A stretch of 64,000 nucleotides of DNA from positions 107 through 64,106 of the forward strand of contig JADHWG010000002.1 in assembly GCA_016783605.1 (NCBI GenBank), in the 5' to 3' direction. The notes beneath the pieces are model-generated. The model saw only the letters and a program-made list of their open reading frames with translations, was not told where the DNA came from and did not search any database. Position 1 is the first letter of the stretch; every line of letters starts with the position of its first letter. Source of the stretch: Candidatus Omnitrophota bacterium (lineage in GTDB: Bacteria > Omnitrophota > Gorgyraeia > Tantalellales > Tantalellaceae). The translations under genes and the position numbers were made by a program. This document shows, one piece after another, positions 28,446 through 38,695 of the stretch.

Positions 28446-28530
28446 TGAGGGGTCGGGGTGTTTTTCGACCCCTCATCCTGAAGCCCAAAGGGCTGAAGGA
28501 TCTCTATAGATCCTTTTTGAAAATTAATCT
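28446..28530. repeat. Half copy of MITE family B after mlaF
   Basis: Reverse complement of the right half of 44407-44545. Confidence 0.7.
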
Positions 28531-28571
28531 GTCCTCTACAATTGAAACCAAAGTCTCATCAAGGAGAAAAC

Positions 28572-29165
28572 ATGAAATTTTCTAAGGAGATAAAAGCCGG
28601 AATAGTTGTAGTTGTCGCGGTCGCGGGATGTGTGGTGTTTTATGCCAAAACCACGAATATTCGCACCAGGACGTATGAACTGAAAACTTCTTTTACATAC
28701 GCCGGCAATTTGAAAGATAATGCCATCGTAAAACTTTCCGGAATAAATGTCGGGAGATTGAAACAGACGAGTTTTGTGTATGACCCCAAGACGAAAGTGG
28801 AATGTATTCTTGAACTTGACGACAAAGCCAAAATACGGAAAGACTCGATTGCCTATATCGGTTCGTCCGGACTTGTCGGAGACGTGCATATCGGAATTAC
28901 GGGAGGCGAGTCCAAAGAGTTTCTGAAAAATCATGATGTTGTGGATAGTGAAGATCCCGTCGAAACGCGTCTTTTAATGAAAAAAGCCGATTCCATCGCG
29001 AGTAATCTTGACAAAATACTTTTGGAAGTGAAAAATATCATCACCGATAATGAGCAAGGAATAAACGACATAGTGAAGAATATTGAATCGACTACCGAAA
29101 ATTTTAAAGAATTCAGCGAAGACCTTAAAAAGCACCCATGGAAATTGTTGTTTAAAGGAGATTGA
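28572..29165 (+). CDS. mlaD: MlaD/MCE-domain protein
   Basis: N-terminal anchor, VKLSGINVG, GLVGD, helical tail KKHPWKLL. Confidence 0.88.
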   Translation: MKFSKEIKAGIVVVVAVAGCVVFYAKTTNIRTRTYELKTSFTYAGNLKDNAIVKLSGINVGRLKQTSFVYDPKTKVECILELDDKAKIRKDSIAYIGSSGLVGDVHIGITGGESKEFLKNHDVVDSEDPVETRLLMKKADSIASNLDKILLEVKNIITDNEQGINDIVKNIESTTENFKEFSEDLKKHPWKLLFKGD

Positions 29166-29179
29166 CGGCGCGAGTAATT

Positions 29180-31093
29180 ATGAGAAAATTTAATAAAGAA
29201 AAAGCCGGTTACATAGCGGTGATCGTGTTTATCGCGATATTGCTTCTTTCGATCTCATACTTAAGAATATTCGATGATTTTGAATACAGCACACTTGACT
29301 TCAGGTTCAAATCCCGCGTTTCCCAAAGGGTAGATAAAGATATCGTGATCGTTCGTATTGACGATGACTCCATAAAAAAATTGGGAGGGTGGCCTTTCCT
29401 TAGGAATTATCACGCTCTTTTAGTGAAGGTTCTGGCGGCCAATGGAGCTAAAACGGTTGTTTTTGATGTGTTTTTCAGTGAAGATAAGCCCGGGGATAAC
29501 GAGTTCGCCAAAGCGATCAAAAACGCGGGAATAGTTTATTTGCCGTACATCTTCGATCTGGAGAAAAAAGTGACCGGAGTCAAAGGCATGCGTGTTGTTG
29601 GTTTTGTCGCTCCGCTTGTTGACATTTTAAAAAAGGTCGCCAAAGGAACCGGGTTCATAAATATAGAACCTGATGTTGACGGAAAAATTCGACGAATTAC
29701 TCCATTCATCTCATACGAAGATAACCTGTATCCCAATCTGACGGTGCTCGCGGCAATCAACGATTTGGGATATCGATTCGATGAAGCAACCATTATTCCC
29801 GGCAAAAGGATCATTCTGGATAAAGAAAAGTTCATCCCACTGGACGAGAACTCGTCGATTATGGTTAATTATCCCGCGAAATGGGGAAAAGGATTCAGGC
29901 ATTATTCCTATGTTGAAGTTTTGGAGTCTTATCTATCGGAAGTTACCGGGCGTACCGCGCAAATAGATTTAAGCGAGTTTAAGGGGAAGGTATGTTTTGT
30001 GGGGCTTGCGGCTTCGACCGCTCGCGATACTAATCCATCTCCGCTGGAAACTTTTTATCCGGGAGTCGGAGTTAATGCCAGTGTGTATAACAGTATTGTT
30101 CAGAGTAGGTTTATTCAGCGTTTGAATAAATGGTGGAATCTTCTGATACTCTTGGCAATGTGGTGTGCTGTAGCATATATCGCGGGAAAAGTTCGTAAGA
30201 GATTCGGTCTTATTTCCATTCTTCTGGTGATGGTGGTATACGCGGGGCTCGCAATGATCTTTTTCTGGCCGTTCGGGATTTGGATAGACGTTTTTTATCC
30301 TCTTGTAAGTCTGATCACAGTTTACGTGATCTTTATGTTTAGGAAATATGTTACGGAAATCAGAAAAAGAGAAACTATTGAAAAAGAACTTAATATTGCG
30401 AAAGACATTCAGCGAAGTTTTCTGCCCGTAGAAATTCCTTCACTTCCGGGGATGGATATAGCCGCGGAAATGCTAACGGCTCACCAGGTCGGCGGAGATC
30501 TTTACGATATGGTGCGTTTCGGAAAAGATAAGATCGGGGTAATGATCGGAGACGTGTCCGGGAAAGGTGTTCCGGCGGCGCTTTATATGGCGAGGGTTGT
30601 AAGCATATTTAAAACTTTCGCACGTGAAGTTTCTCCCGGAGAAGTGCTAAAAAATATTAATGATCATCTTGTCGATGAATCCGGCAATAATCTTTTTGTG
30701 ACACTAACCTATATGATATTTGACGCGAAGAAAAAGACCGTGAAATACGCTATAGGCGGGCATCCGCCCGCTATTATGATGGATCCCGCCGGCGAGATAA
30801 AGCTTCTTCAAACCGACGAAGGTATGCCTTTGGGGCTTGTTCAGGGAAATTTCACCGAGAACGAAACTTCTTACAAGCCGGGAAGCGTTTTTGTTTTATA
30901 TACCGATGGTGTGACCGAAGCTATGGATGTTAAGGAAGAGATGTTTGGACAGGAAAAACTCAAAGAACTTGTAAAAGCTCATAAGGGATGTTCTTCCAAG
31001 GAAATAATTTCACTATTGCAAAAAGCTATCTCTGATTATGCCGGAGGAGCTTTTCAGCACGATGATATTACGATCGTCACAATTCGCGTGTAA
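29180..31093 (+). CDS. CHASE2 sensor fused to a SpoIIE/PP2C phosphatase (RsbU-like)
   Basis: DIVIVRIDD..LGGWP, three TMs, VGGDLYD, GDVSGKG, YTDGVTEA, DDIT. Confidence 0.9.
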   Translation: MRKFNKEKAGYIAVIVFIAILLLSISYLRIFDDFEYSTLDFRFKSRVSQRVDKDIVIVRIDDDSIKKLGGWPFLRNYHALLVKVLAANGAKTVVFDVFFSEDKPGDNEFAKAIKNAGIVYLPYIFDLEKKVTGVKGMRVVGFVAPLVDILKKVAKGTGFINIEPDVDGKIRRITPFISYEDNLYPNLTVLAAINDLGYRFDEATIIPGKRIILDKEKFIPLDENSSIMVNYPAKWGKGFRHYSYVEVLESYLSEVTGRTAQIDLSEFKGKVCFVGLAASTARDTNPSPLETFYPGVGVNASVYNSIVQSRFIQRLNKWWNLLILLAMWCAVAYIAGKVRKRFGLISILLVMVVYAGLAMIFFWPFGIWIDVFYPLVSLITVYVIFMFRKYVTEIRKRETIEKELNIAKDIQRSFLPVEIPSLPGMDIAAEMLTAHQVGGDLYDMVRFGKDKIGVMIGDVSGKGVPAALYMARVVSIFKTFAREVSPGEVLKNINDHLVDESGNNLFVTLTYMIFDAKKKTVKYAIGGHPPAIMMDPAGEIKLLQTDEGMPLGLVQGNFTENETSYKPGSVFVLYTDGVTEAMDVKEEMFGQEKLKELVKAHKGCSSKEIISLLQKAISDYAGGAFQHDDITIVTIRV

Positions 31094-31123
31094 AAAAATG
31101 ACACTTAACAACGAAAGAACAAC

Positions 31124-32752
31124 ATGGATTTAAAATTAAAAAAATTAAAAAATTTTACACCAAGAAAAGGTCCTCTCCTGCTTATCATAATGGATGGAGT
31201 GGGGTTGGGCCGCCCGGATGAATCGAACGCGGTGTTTTTGGCGAATACGCCTTGTTTGGATAAATTGTTTAAAAGCCCTCTTTTTACAAAACTCACCGCG
31301 CATGGAACCAGTGTCGGGCTCCCGTCCGATGAGGATATGGGAAACAGTGAAGTAGGGCATAACGCGCTTGGAGCCGGAAGAGTTTTCGCTCAAGGAGCGA
31401 AAAGAGTGGAAGACGCTATTGAAGACGGAAGCGTATTTAAGCGAAAAGAATGGAAAAAACTCGCCGAAGGAGTGAAAAAAAACGGCGGTGCGTTTCATTT
31501 TATCGGTCTTTTATCCGACGGGAACGTTCATTCACATATTGATCAACTGCTCGCGATGATAGATCAACTTGCCAAAGAAAACGTTCAGCGCGCGCGTGTT
31601 CACGCGCTTCTTGACGGGCGTGACGTCGGTGAAAAATCCGCTTTAAGTTACATCGAAAAAACGGAAAAAGTGTTAGCTCGAATTCGCCAAGAAAAGGGAT
31701 ATGATTATAGAATTGCTTCCGGCGGCGGCAGAATGGTTACGACGATGGACAGATATAATGCCGATTGGAGTGTTGTGAAAAACGGGTGGGACACGCATGT
31801 TTTGGGACTTGGTCGGCAGTTTTCTTCCGCGAAAGAGGCGGTAGAAACTTATTATAAAGAAGATCCGAACATTACCGATCAATATTTACCGTCTTTTGTG
31901 ATAGCGGAAAATTCAAAACCTGTCGGATGTATAAAAGACGGTGATTCGGTTGTGTGTTTTAATTTTAGAGGCGACCGCGCGATAGAAATTTCGCGAGCGT
32001 TCGAAGAAAAAGATTTTAAAGAGTTCGATCGCGTAAGATTCCCGAACGTTTTGTATGCCGGAATGATGGAATATGACGGCGACTTGCATATCCCGAAACA
32101 TTTTCTTGTGAACCCGCCGAAGATCGACAGAACCGTAAGTGAATATTTATGCGCGGCAGGAGTGAAAATGTTCGCGATTTCCGAAACTCAAAAGTTCGGA
32201 CATGTAACATACTTTTGGAACGGGAATAAATCAGGATATATCTCGCGCGACTTGGAAGAATATGTTGAGATCCCGTCCGACAAAGTGCGGTTTGATAAAA
32301 CCCCGGCGATGAAGGCTCCGGAGATCACAAAAAAAACCATTGAACTTTTAAAAAGCGGTAAATTTGTTTTCGGCAGACTTAATTTCCCAAACGGTGACAT
32401 GGTAGGGCATACCGCCGAGCCGAAAGCCATAATAAGCGCGATGGAAGCGGTTGATTCCTCTGTTCAGAAACTTTTGGAAGTTATTAAAGAACTTGGAGGG
32501 ATCGCGTTAATTACCGCCGATCACGGCAATTCCGAAGAAATGTTCACAATTACCGGCGGCAAAAAATTCCCGAAAACGTCACACACTCTAAACCCCGTCC
32601 CATTCGTTATCTACGACCCCGCTTACGCCGGAGAATATAAAATGAGAAACCTCTCCAAACAAGGCCTCTCAAACGTAGCCGGCACCATCCTGAACCTCTT
32701 AGGCTACGAAAACGTAAAAGACTACGACCCGTCACTGATAGAGTTCAAATAA
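31124..32752 (+). CDS. gpmI: 2,3-bisphosphoglycerate-independent phosphoglycerate mutase
   Basis: IMDGVG, MGNSEVGH, DMVGHT, TADHGN. Confidence 0.97.
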   Translation: MDLKLKKLKNFTPRKGPLLLIIMDGVGLGRPDESNAVFLANTPCLDKLFKSPLFTKLTAHGTSVGLPSDEDMGNSEVGHNALGAGRVFAQGAKRVEDAIEDGSVFKRKEWKKLAEGVKKNGGAFHFIGLLSDGNVHSHIDQLLAMIDQLAKENVQRARVHALLDGRDVGEKSALSYIEKTEKVLARIRQEKGYDYRIASGGGRMVTTMDRYNADWSVVKNGWDTHVLGLGRQFSSAKEAVETYYKEDPNITDQYLPSFVIAENSKPVGCIKDGDSVVCFNFRGDRAIEISRAFEEKDFKEFDRVRFPNVLYAGMMEYDGDLHIPKHFLVNPPKIDRTVSEYLCAAGVKMFAISETQKFGHVTYFWNGNKSGYISRDLEEYVEIPSDKVRFDKTPAMKAPEITKKTIELLKSGKFVFGRLNFPNGDMVGHTAEPKAIISAMEAVDSSVQKLLEVIKELGGIALITADHGNSEEMFTITGGKKFPKTSHTLNPVPFVIYDPAYAGEYKMRNLSKQGLSNVAGTILNLLGYENVKDYDPSLIEFK

Positions 32753-32791
32753 AGACAGCAGCAACGACTCCCTATCTGTTTTGAATAAAAC

Positions 32792-32867
32792 TTGACACGT
32801 GGTATCAAATGCGGTACCATATGTTAGAAATCAAAACTTGCATAAAGGTTCCATATATGGTACCTTT
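32792..32867 (+). promoter_or_regulatory. hicAB promoter with two operator-like palindromes
   Basis: TTGACA-17 bp-TACCAT overlapped by GGTATC-N6-GGTACC; second site AAAGGTTCCATATATGGTACCTTT. Confidence 0.6.
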
Positions 32868-32881
32868 GTAGGGGGAGAGAG

Positions 32882-33145
32882 ATGTCCAGAGTAGAGAAAT
32901 TATACAACAAAGCTAAAGAGTCTCCCAATAATTTGTCTTTTTCGGACTTGTGTCTATTGTTGGAAAAAGTAGGGTTTGAGTTTAAAAGGCAGAAGGGTTC
33001 CCATAGGACTTTTAAGCACCCTCAGATTAAAAACATAGACAGTATACAAGAAATACAAAATGTTAAGGGAAAAGCGAAAGCATATCAGGTCAGGCAAGTT
33101 CTTGACAAAATAGATAGACACAATCTATATCGGGGGAGGGAATAA
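32882..33145 (+). CDS. hicA: HicA family toxin
   Basis: GFEFKRQKGSHRTFKHP...KAYQVRQ. Confidence 0.9.
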   Translation: MSRVEKLYNKAKESPNNLSFSDLCLLLEKVGFEFKRQKGSHRTFKHPQIKNIDSIQEIQNVKGKAKAYQVRQVLDKIDRHNLYRGRE

Positions 33146-33147
33146 AA

Positions 33148-33645
33148 ATGGTTAAATATTCCGTAAGTATAACTTGGAGCGAAGAGGATGAGGGATTTAT
33201 TGCGATAGTTCCTGAGCTTAACGGCTTATCTGCTTTTGGTAAAACGTACAAAGAAGCTTCTGAAGAAATTGAAGTTGCTATTGAGAATTTTTTAAAAACA
33301 CTGAAGGATGAAAAAATTCCTATTCCAAAGCCTAAAAAACTTGAAGAATATAGCGGTCAAACAAGACTTAGGATGCCGAAAAAATTACATAGAATTTTGA
33401 CTAGTGACGCGTCAAATGAAGGAGTGTCTCTAAACGCGTATATGGTTTTTCTTCTGACGATGCATGCAAATGTTCATCGCCAGATAAAAGATTCATTGTG
33501 GCTTGACAAAATATTCCCCGATTTTACTAGCGAAAGCAGTGAGTCATTTCAAGAAGAATTTGGTGATTCTCAGGCAACGCCAGTTAGCGATGATCAAGAA
33601 AATTATGTTGATATGATGAAACCAAAGGAGAAAGTGACATGGTAA
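33148..33645 (+). CDS. hicB: HicB family antitoxin with an acidic C-terminal extension
   Basis: WSEEDEGFIA.VPEL.GLSAFG; RHH YSGQTRLRMPK.LH...GVSLN. Confidence 0.88.
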   Translation: MVKYSVSITWSEEDEGFIAIVPELNGLSAFGKTYKEASEEIEVAIENFLKTLKDEKIPIPKPKKLEEYSGQTRLRMPKKLHRILTSDASNEGVSLNAYMVFLLTMHANVHRQIKDSLWLDKIFPDFTSESSESFQEEFGDSQATPVSDDQENYVDMMKPKEKVTW

Positions 33646-34040
33646 AAAATATAAGGAATATTTTGTGTTTAAGTATCATAACTTCAAAAGAAACAAATAC
33701 GGTTAGCTACATAAACAGTATAGAAGAGCTTGGCGTGCCAAAACTTCCAATGAATCTACCTTCATTTCAATTAGGAACTTTATGGCAAAAGAGTAAGGCT
33801 GGAGATGTCGCCCTAAAAATGCGAATCAAATTAAAAAATCCTTCAGGAAAAATCGAACAAACATTTGATATCCCTGAAATTAATATAAAAACCAAACGGT
33901 ACAGGTATAATCTGAGTTTTGGGGGATTACTGGTAAAAGAAGAAGGAACGTATGTTTTTATTGTTGAATTTTTAGGAAAAAATAAGTGGGAAATTGCTTC
34001 AGAAGTTCCGTTGGAAATACGAATTTTAAAAAACAAATAA
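33639..34040 (+). CDS. Beta-rich hypothetical protein (DUF6941-like), overlapping hicB
   Basis: LC...SYI.., NPSG, EEGTYVF pattern; 7-bp overlap with hicB. Confidence 0.6.
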   Translation: MVKNIRNILCLSIITSKETNTVSYINSIEELGVPKLPMNLPSFQLGTLWQKSKAGDVALKMRIKLKNPSGKIEQTFDIPEINIKTKRYRYNLSFGGLLVKEEGTYVFIVEFLGKNKWEIASEVPLEIRILKNK

Positions 34041-34143
34041 CATGTCTATTGCATATTAAGCACTTTGTACTAACAATAACTTTCTATTTTGCTATTTTTG
34101 TACAAGTCCTTCGGCGCGTTCACTTCGTTCACTTGCTCAGGAT

Positions 34144-34168
34144 CAAAATTCGACTTTGTCGAATTTTG
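34144..34168. terminator. Hairpin between the convergent hic operon and tRNA-Ala
   Basis: CAAAATTCGAC-TTT-GTCGAATTTTG. Confidence 0.4.
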
Positions 34169-34242
34169 GTGGAGCTGAGGGGGCTCGAACCCCTGACCTC
34201 ATGCATGCCATGCACGCGCTCTCCCAGCTGAGCTACAGCCCC
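34167..34242 (-). tRNA. tRNA-Ala(GGC)
   Basis: GGGGCTGTAGCTCAGCTGGGAGAGCG..TGGCA..GGTTCGAGCCCC..CCACCA; 76 nt; G3:U70 pair. Confidence 0.95.
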
Positions 34243-34396
34243 ACATAATAATGTATTCCGTTCCACCCAAAAACACCAACCTCGTAGGTTGGTGTTTTTG
34301 GGTGGATTTCAATATAGCATCGAGTTTGAGCACTGTCAACAGTTTTTGGCTTGACTAATTGGGCGAGTAATATTAGAATTACTTTCGTTTAAATAA

Positions 34397-34485
34397 GCCG
34401 GAGTGGCGAAACTGGCAGACGCGCTGGATTCAAAATCCAGTGGGACTTAACTCCCGTGTGGGTCCGACTCCCACCTCCGGCACCA
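34397..34485 (+). tRNA. tRNA-Leu(CAA)
   Basis: GCCGGAG acceptor stem, CTGGA-TTCAAAA-TCCAG anticodon arm, long variable arm, CCA end; upstream TTGACT-17-TAGAAT. Confidence 0.93.
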
Positions 34486-34539
34486 TTTTAATGAATAGGG
34501 GTAACTATTCCTATTTATTGAGTTTTTTCACTTTTTTTA

Positions 34540-34568
34540 TTGACAAACCACCTTATTGAAAATATACT
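34540..34568 (+). promoter_or_regulatory. Near-consensus sigma70 promoter upstream of speD
   Basis: TTGACA-17 bp-TATACT. Confidence 0.7.
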
Positions 34569-34681
34569 TTTTAAAGCTGTGGCGTGTTGCCGGGCACCTT
34601 GTAATATCTTTATTCCAACAAGGGGGGGTTTTCACTCTGTTTTTTATAAACCCTCTGAATTAAAAAAATGGAGTTAACAAA

Positions 34682-35110
34682 ATGATAGAAGCAAGAAAAG
34701 AGTCTTTCGGTCCGCATTTGATGCTGGATCTGAATCATTGTAATAAGGACAAACTTAAAGATTACAACTTGATATTTGATGTTTTGTATGACCTTCCGGA
34801 AAAAATAGGTATGACCAAGATCACTCAGCCCTATGTTTTTCCTTATTCCGGTTTGGTTCCGGAAGATAAAGGTATAACCGGAACCGTGATCATTGCCGAG
34901 AGTCATATCTCGATACATTCCTTTCAGGAAAAAGATTTTTGTTTTGTGGATGTGTTTTCTTGTAAAGATTTTGATGTCGAATTCGCGGCGGATTATCTGA
35001 TCAATGCTTTTGAGTCTAAAAAGTATGAGAAGCACATTATAGGTAGAGGTAAAGATTTTGTGAGGTATAGTTCACGGGAAAAAATGGCAGAGCAGTTGAC
35101 GGGAATTTGA
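34682..35110 (+). CDS. speD: S-adenosylmethionine decarboxylase proenzyme family (some members are arginine decarboxylases)
   Basis: GPHLMLD, IAESHISIH self-cleavage motif, DVFSC. Confidence 0.88.
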   Translation: MIEARKESFGPHLMLDLNHCNKDKLKDYNLIFDVLYDLPEKIGMTKITQPYVFPYSGLVPEDKGITGTVIIAESHISIHSFQEKDFCFVDVFSCKDFDVEFAADYLINAFESKKYEKHIIGRGKDFVRYSSREKMAEQLTGI

Positions 35111-35116
35111 ATATAA

Positions 35117-35986
35117 ATGAAAAATGGTAATTTTGCGGGGGTGGGCGAATCTTTTGCAGATAAGGATAGTTCTGAAATTGTAGTTCTTCCAATTCCGTAC
35201 GATAAAACGAGTACATGGATAAAAGGGGCCGATAAGGGCCCCTTTGCTCTTATAGAGGCCTCTATAGCGCTCGAATGGTATGATATTGAAACCGACTTCG
35301 AAGTTTATAAAAAAGGAATTCATACTGCCAAAGCTTTGACTTTGGATGTGGAACCGAAGGTAATGGTCGCTAAAGTAAGAGCGAAAGTGGAAGAATTTTT
35401 GGAAACCGGTAAATTTGTGGTTACTCTTGGCGGAGAGCATTCGGTGAGTATCGGTGCGGCTATGGCGCATAGCGAAAAGTTTAAAGATCTTTGTGTTTTA
35501 CAATTGGACGCGCATTCGGATTTGAGGGAAGTTTATGACGGGAGCCGGTATAATCACGCGTGCGTTGCCGCGAGGATAAAAGAAACATCTTCAGTAGTTC
35601 AGGCGGGCATAAGGAGTATGTCGATCGAAGAGAAGGGTAAACTTCCGGCGGAGAACGTGTTTTTTGCCAAAGATATAACTTCCCAAACGAAAAGTACGGA
35701 AAAAATAATCAGCCGTTTAAACGATAATGTTTATGTTACAATAGATCTGGACGTTTTTGACCCCGGTTGTATGTCTTCAACGGGGACTCCGGAGCCGGGC
35801 GGACTCCTGTGGTATGATGTTATGGAAATCTTAAGAAGAGTTTCTGAAAAACGTAATGTTGTGGGGTTTGATGTAGTTGAACTATGTCCCAACCAGGCGA
35901 ATAAAACCCCTGATTTCCTGGCGGCCAAGTTGGTTTATAAATTTTTAAGTTACATTTTTGTTCCAACCTCCAATTGCACCTCGTAG
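35117..35986 (+). CDS. speB: Agmatinase
   Basis: GGEHS, DAHSD, DLDVFDP, GTPEPGG. Confidence 0.93.
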   Translation: MKNGNFAGVGESFADKDSSEIVVLPIPYDKTSTWIKGADKGPFALIEASIALEWYDIETDFEVYKKGIHTAKALTLDVEPKVMVAKVRAKVEEFLETGKFVVTLGGEHSVSIGAAMAHSEKFKDLCVLQLDAHSDLREVYDGSRYNHACVAARIKETSSVVQAGIRSMSIEEKGKLPAENVFFAKDITSQTKSTEKIISRLNDNVYVTIDLDVFDPGCMSSTGTPEPGGLLWYDVMEILRRVSEKRNVVGFDVVELCPNQANKTPDFLAAKLVYKFLSYIFVPTSNCTS

Positions 35987-36094
35987 GTGCAATTGAAGAT
36001 ACCACCAACCTCATAGGTTGGTAGTAACCTACGAGGTTGGTGGTGGGTTAAAGGGTGCTTATAGATAGAGGACACGTAAGAAAATGAGGACGAA

Positions 36095-38572
36095 ATGGAA
36101 TCGTATAAGTTCGATAAAATAGAGAAAAAATGGCAAAAGAAATGGCGTGAGAGCGGGCTTTTTAAGGTGGATGTTAAAAATTCGGCGAACAAATATTATT
36201 GCCTTATGATGTTTCCGTATCCGTCGGCGGCTCTTCATGTCGGGCATGGACGTAACTATATTATCGGGGATGTTGTTGCCAGATACAAAATGATGAAGGG
36301 CTCTAATGTGTTGACCCCTATGGGATGGGATGCTTTCGGGCTTCCCGCGGAAAACGCCGCGCTTAAGAACGGGATCCATCCGAAAGAGTCCACTTTGAAT
36401 AATATTGCCACAATGAAGCGGCAAATGAGTTCGTGGGGCGTCGAATATGACTGGGATAAAGAAGTTGCTTCATGTAATCTCGATTACTATAAATGGACAC
36501 AGTGGATGTTTCTTAAGCTTTTTGAGAAGGGTCTTGCGTATAGAAAGAAAGCGTTTGTTAACTGGTGTCCGTCTTGCAATACCGTGCTTGCCAACGAACA
36601 GGTTACAGATGGTGCTTGCGAGAGATGTGAATCTGAGGTAGAACAGAAAAAGCTCGAACAATGGTTCTTTAAGATCACCGATTATGCCGAAAGGCTTCTT
36701 AATGATCTTGACAAATTAAACGAATGGCCCGAAAAAGTGAAGACGATGCAGAGCAACTGGATCGGGCGTTCAAGTGGTGTGAATATAGATTTTCCGATTG
36801 AGGGGACCGATAAAAAACTTACGTGTTTCACGACAAGAGTGGATACGATCTACGGGTGCTCATATATGGTTCTTTCCGCGGAACATCCGATGATTGATGA
36901 GATCATAGAGAACAGTCCGGAAAAAGAGAGAATTAAAAAATTTGTAAATAAGATTCGAATGGAATCAAAAATAGAACGGCTTGAAACTTCCGTAGAGAAA
37001 AAAGGAATATTTACCGGGCGATATGTGACCAACTTGATAACCGGAGAGAAAATCCCGCTGTGGATAGCCGATTATGTTCTTATGGAATACGGTACGGGCG
37101 CGGTTATGGCGGTTCCCGCGCATGACGAGCGCGATTTTGAATTTGCTAAAAAATACAAACTTCCCATTAAAGTTGTTATAGATAACCCGAATAAACATCT
37201 TATTCAAGAGAAGATGACCGAGGCATATGAAGATGAAGGTGTTTTGGTGAATTCAGATCAGTTTAACGGATTGAAAAATACCGAAGCTATGGAAAGAATT
37301 GCCGACTACATGGAAAAAGAAAATATCGGCCGTCGTACTATTCATTACAGGTTACGAGACTGGCTTATATCGCGTCAGAGATATTGGGGCGCGCCGATAC
37401 CGATCATACATTGCCAAAAGTGCGGAGCCGTTCCGGTACCCGAAAAAGATCTTCCGGTCGTTTTGCCTTCAGATGTTGAGTTTCGTCCCACGGGAGAGTC
37501 TCCCCTTAAGAACGCGGAAAGTTTTGTTATGACAAAGTGTCCCGTTTGCGCCGGGTCCGCCAAACGAGAGATAGACACTATGGATACTTTTGTCGATTCA
37601 AGTTGGTATTTTTTGAGGTTTATTTCGCCAAAACAAGACGACGCTCCTTTTAACAAAAAAGACGTTGATAGTTGGCTGCCGGTAGATCAATATATCGGCG
37701 GTGTCGAACACGCGATACTGCATCTTTTGTATTCGCGGTTCATTACGAAAGTTTTGTTCGATTCCAAACTGGTCGGATTTGACGAACCGTTTAAACGTCT
37801 TTTTACTCAAGGAATGATAGTCAAGAATGGCGCGAAAATGTCAAAATCCAAAGGCAATACCATCAGTCCCGACGCGCTAATAAAAAAATACGGAGCGGAC
37901 ACCGTTCGCTTATACACTCTTTTTATCGGACCTCCCGAAAAAGACGCGGAATGGTCGGATAGGGGAGTTCAAGGGGCGTACCGTTTTCTTAAAAGAGTGT
38001 GGACTCTTTTGGATATCCTGAGTAAAGCGCCTTCATCGGTAAAAGAGAAAGGTGCGGAACTTGAAACTTTACGAAAAATGCATCAGACCATTAAAAAAGT
38101 TACCGAAGACATTGACGGAAATTTTCATTTTAATACGGCGATCAGCGCGGTTATGGAATTGGTCAATTTGATATACAAAGTTTTGAGTGAGAAAGGCGCG
38201 GATTCTTATTCGAAGGGAACCCTACGGGAAGTGTTGAACAATGTGTGCCTTCTTCTCGGGCCTTTTGTGCCTCATATTGCCGAAGAAATTCGCCAAAGTT
38301 TGGGAGAAAAAGAAAGTATTTTTAGATCCAAATGGCCGGAATTTAGAGAAGATATGCAACGCGCGGATACGGTCGTTTTGCCGGTTCAGATAAACGGAAA
38401 GCTCAAGGGACGGGTAGAGGTAAAGTGTGGCTTGTCGCCGGAAGAAATTAAAAAAAGAGTTTTGAACGACGACAAGGTTAAAAGCTATCTCGTGAATAAA
38501 GAAATACGCAAATGGATAATCATTGCGAATAAACTGATAAATATCGTTATTCCCACGCAAACAACCTCGTAG
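36095..38572 (+). CDS. leuS: Leucine--tRNA ligase
   Basis: [27 protein letters not shown]. Confidence 0.98.
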   Translation: MESYKFDKIEKKWQKKWRESGLFKVDVKNSANKYYCLMMFPYPSAALHVGHGRNYIIGDVVARYKMMKGSNVLTPMGWDAFGLPAENAALKNGIHPKESTLNNIATMKRQMSSWGVEYDWDKEVASCNLDYYKWTQWMFLKLFEKGLAYRKKAFVNWCPSCNTVLANEQVTDGACERCESEVEQKKLEQWFFKITDYAERLLNDLDKLNEWPEKVKTMQSNWIGRSSGVNIDFPIEGTDKKLTCFTTRVDTIYGCSYMVLSAEHPMIDEIIENSPEKERIKKFVNKIRMESKIERLETSVEKKGIFTGRYVTNLITGEKIPLWIADYVLMEYGTGAVMAVPAHDERDFEFAKKYKLPIKVVIDNPNKHLIQEKMTEAYEDEGVLVNSDQFNGLKNTEAMERIADYMEKENIGRRTIHYRLRDWLISRQRYWGAPIPIIHCQKCGAVPVPEKDLPVVLPSDVEFRPTGESPLKNAESFVMTKCPVCAGSAKREIDTMDTFVDSSWYFLRFISPKQDDAPFNKKDVDSWLPVDQYIGGVEHAILHLLYSRFITKVLFDSKLVGFDEPFKRLFTQGMIVKNGAKMSKSKGNTISPDALIKKYGADTVRLYTLFIGPPEKDAEWSDRGVQGAYRFLKRVWTLLDILSKAPSSVKEKGAELETLRKMHQTIKKVTEDIDGNFHFNTAISAVMELVNLIYKVLSEKGADSYSKGTLREVLNNVCLLLGPFVPHIAEEIRQSLGEKESIFRSKWPEFREDMQRADTVVLPVQINGKLKGRVEVKCGLSPEEIKKRVLNDDKVKSYLVNKEIRKWIIIANKLINIVIPTQTTS

Positions 38573-38673
38573 GGGCACATTGCATGTGCCCGTAATTGAT
38601 TTTTATGAGTTACGATGCGTTTTTTACCATTCCGATTTCGTTCGGGCACATGCAATGTGCCCCTACGAGGTTG
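38562..38673. repeat. GTAG-type REP pair whose outer ends are the two halves of the AACCTCGTAGGTT motif
   Basis: CAACCTCGTAGGGGCACATTGCATGTGCCC...GGGCACATGCAATGTGCCCCTACGAGGTTG. Confidence 0.8.
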
Positions 38674-38695
38674 TTAAAAAGAACAGAGGTGTTAG

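Noticed and set aside
33639-34040. Third hic gene as a SecB chaperone
   Set aside because: The pattern looks all-beta and lacks the SecB C-terminal helix motif; kept as non-SecB pending structure prediction
32760-34242. Prophage or integrative element at tRNA-Ala
   Set aside because: No integrase, no duplicated tRNA 3' end found and no phage genes; at most a small islet
34570-34681. Riboswitch in the speD leader (and upstream of purH, mgtE, folE)
   Set aside because: No recognisable SAM, ZTP, M-box or THF consensus by eye; an Rfam scan would be needed
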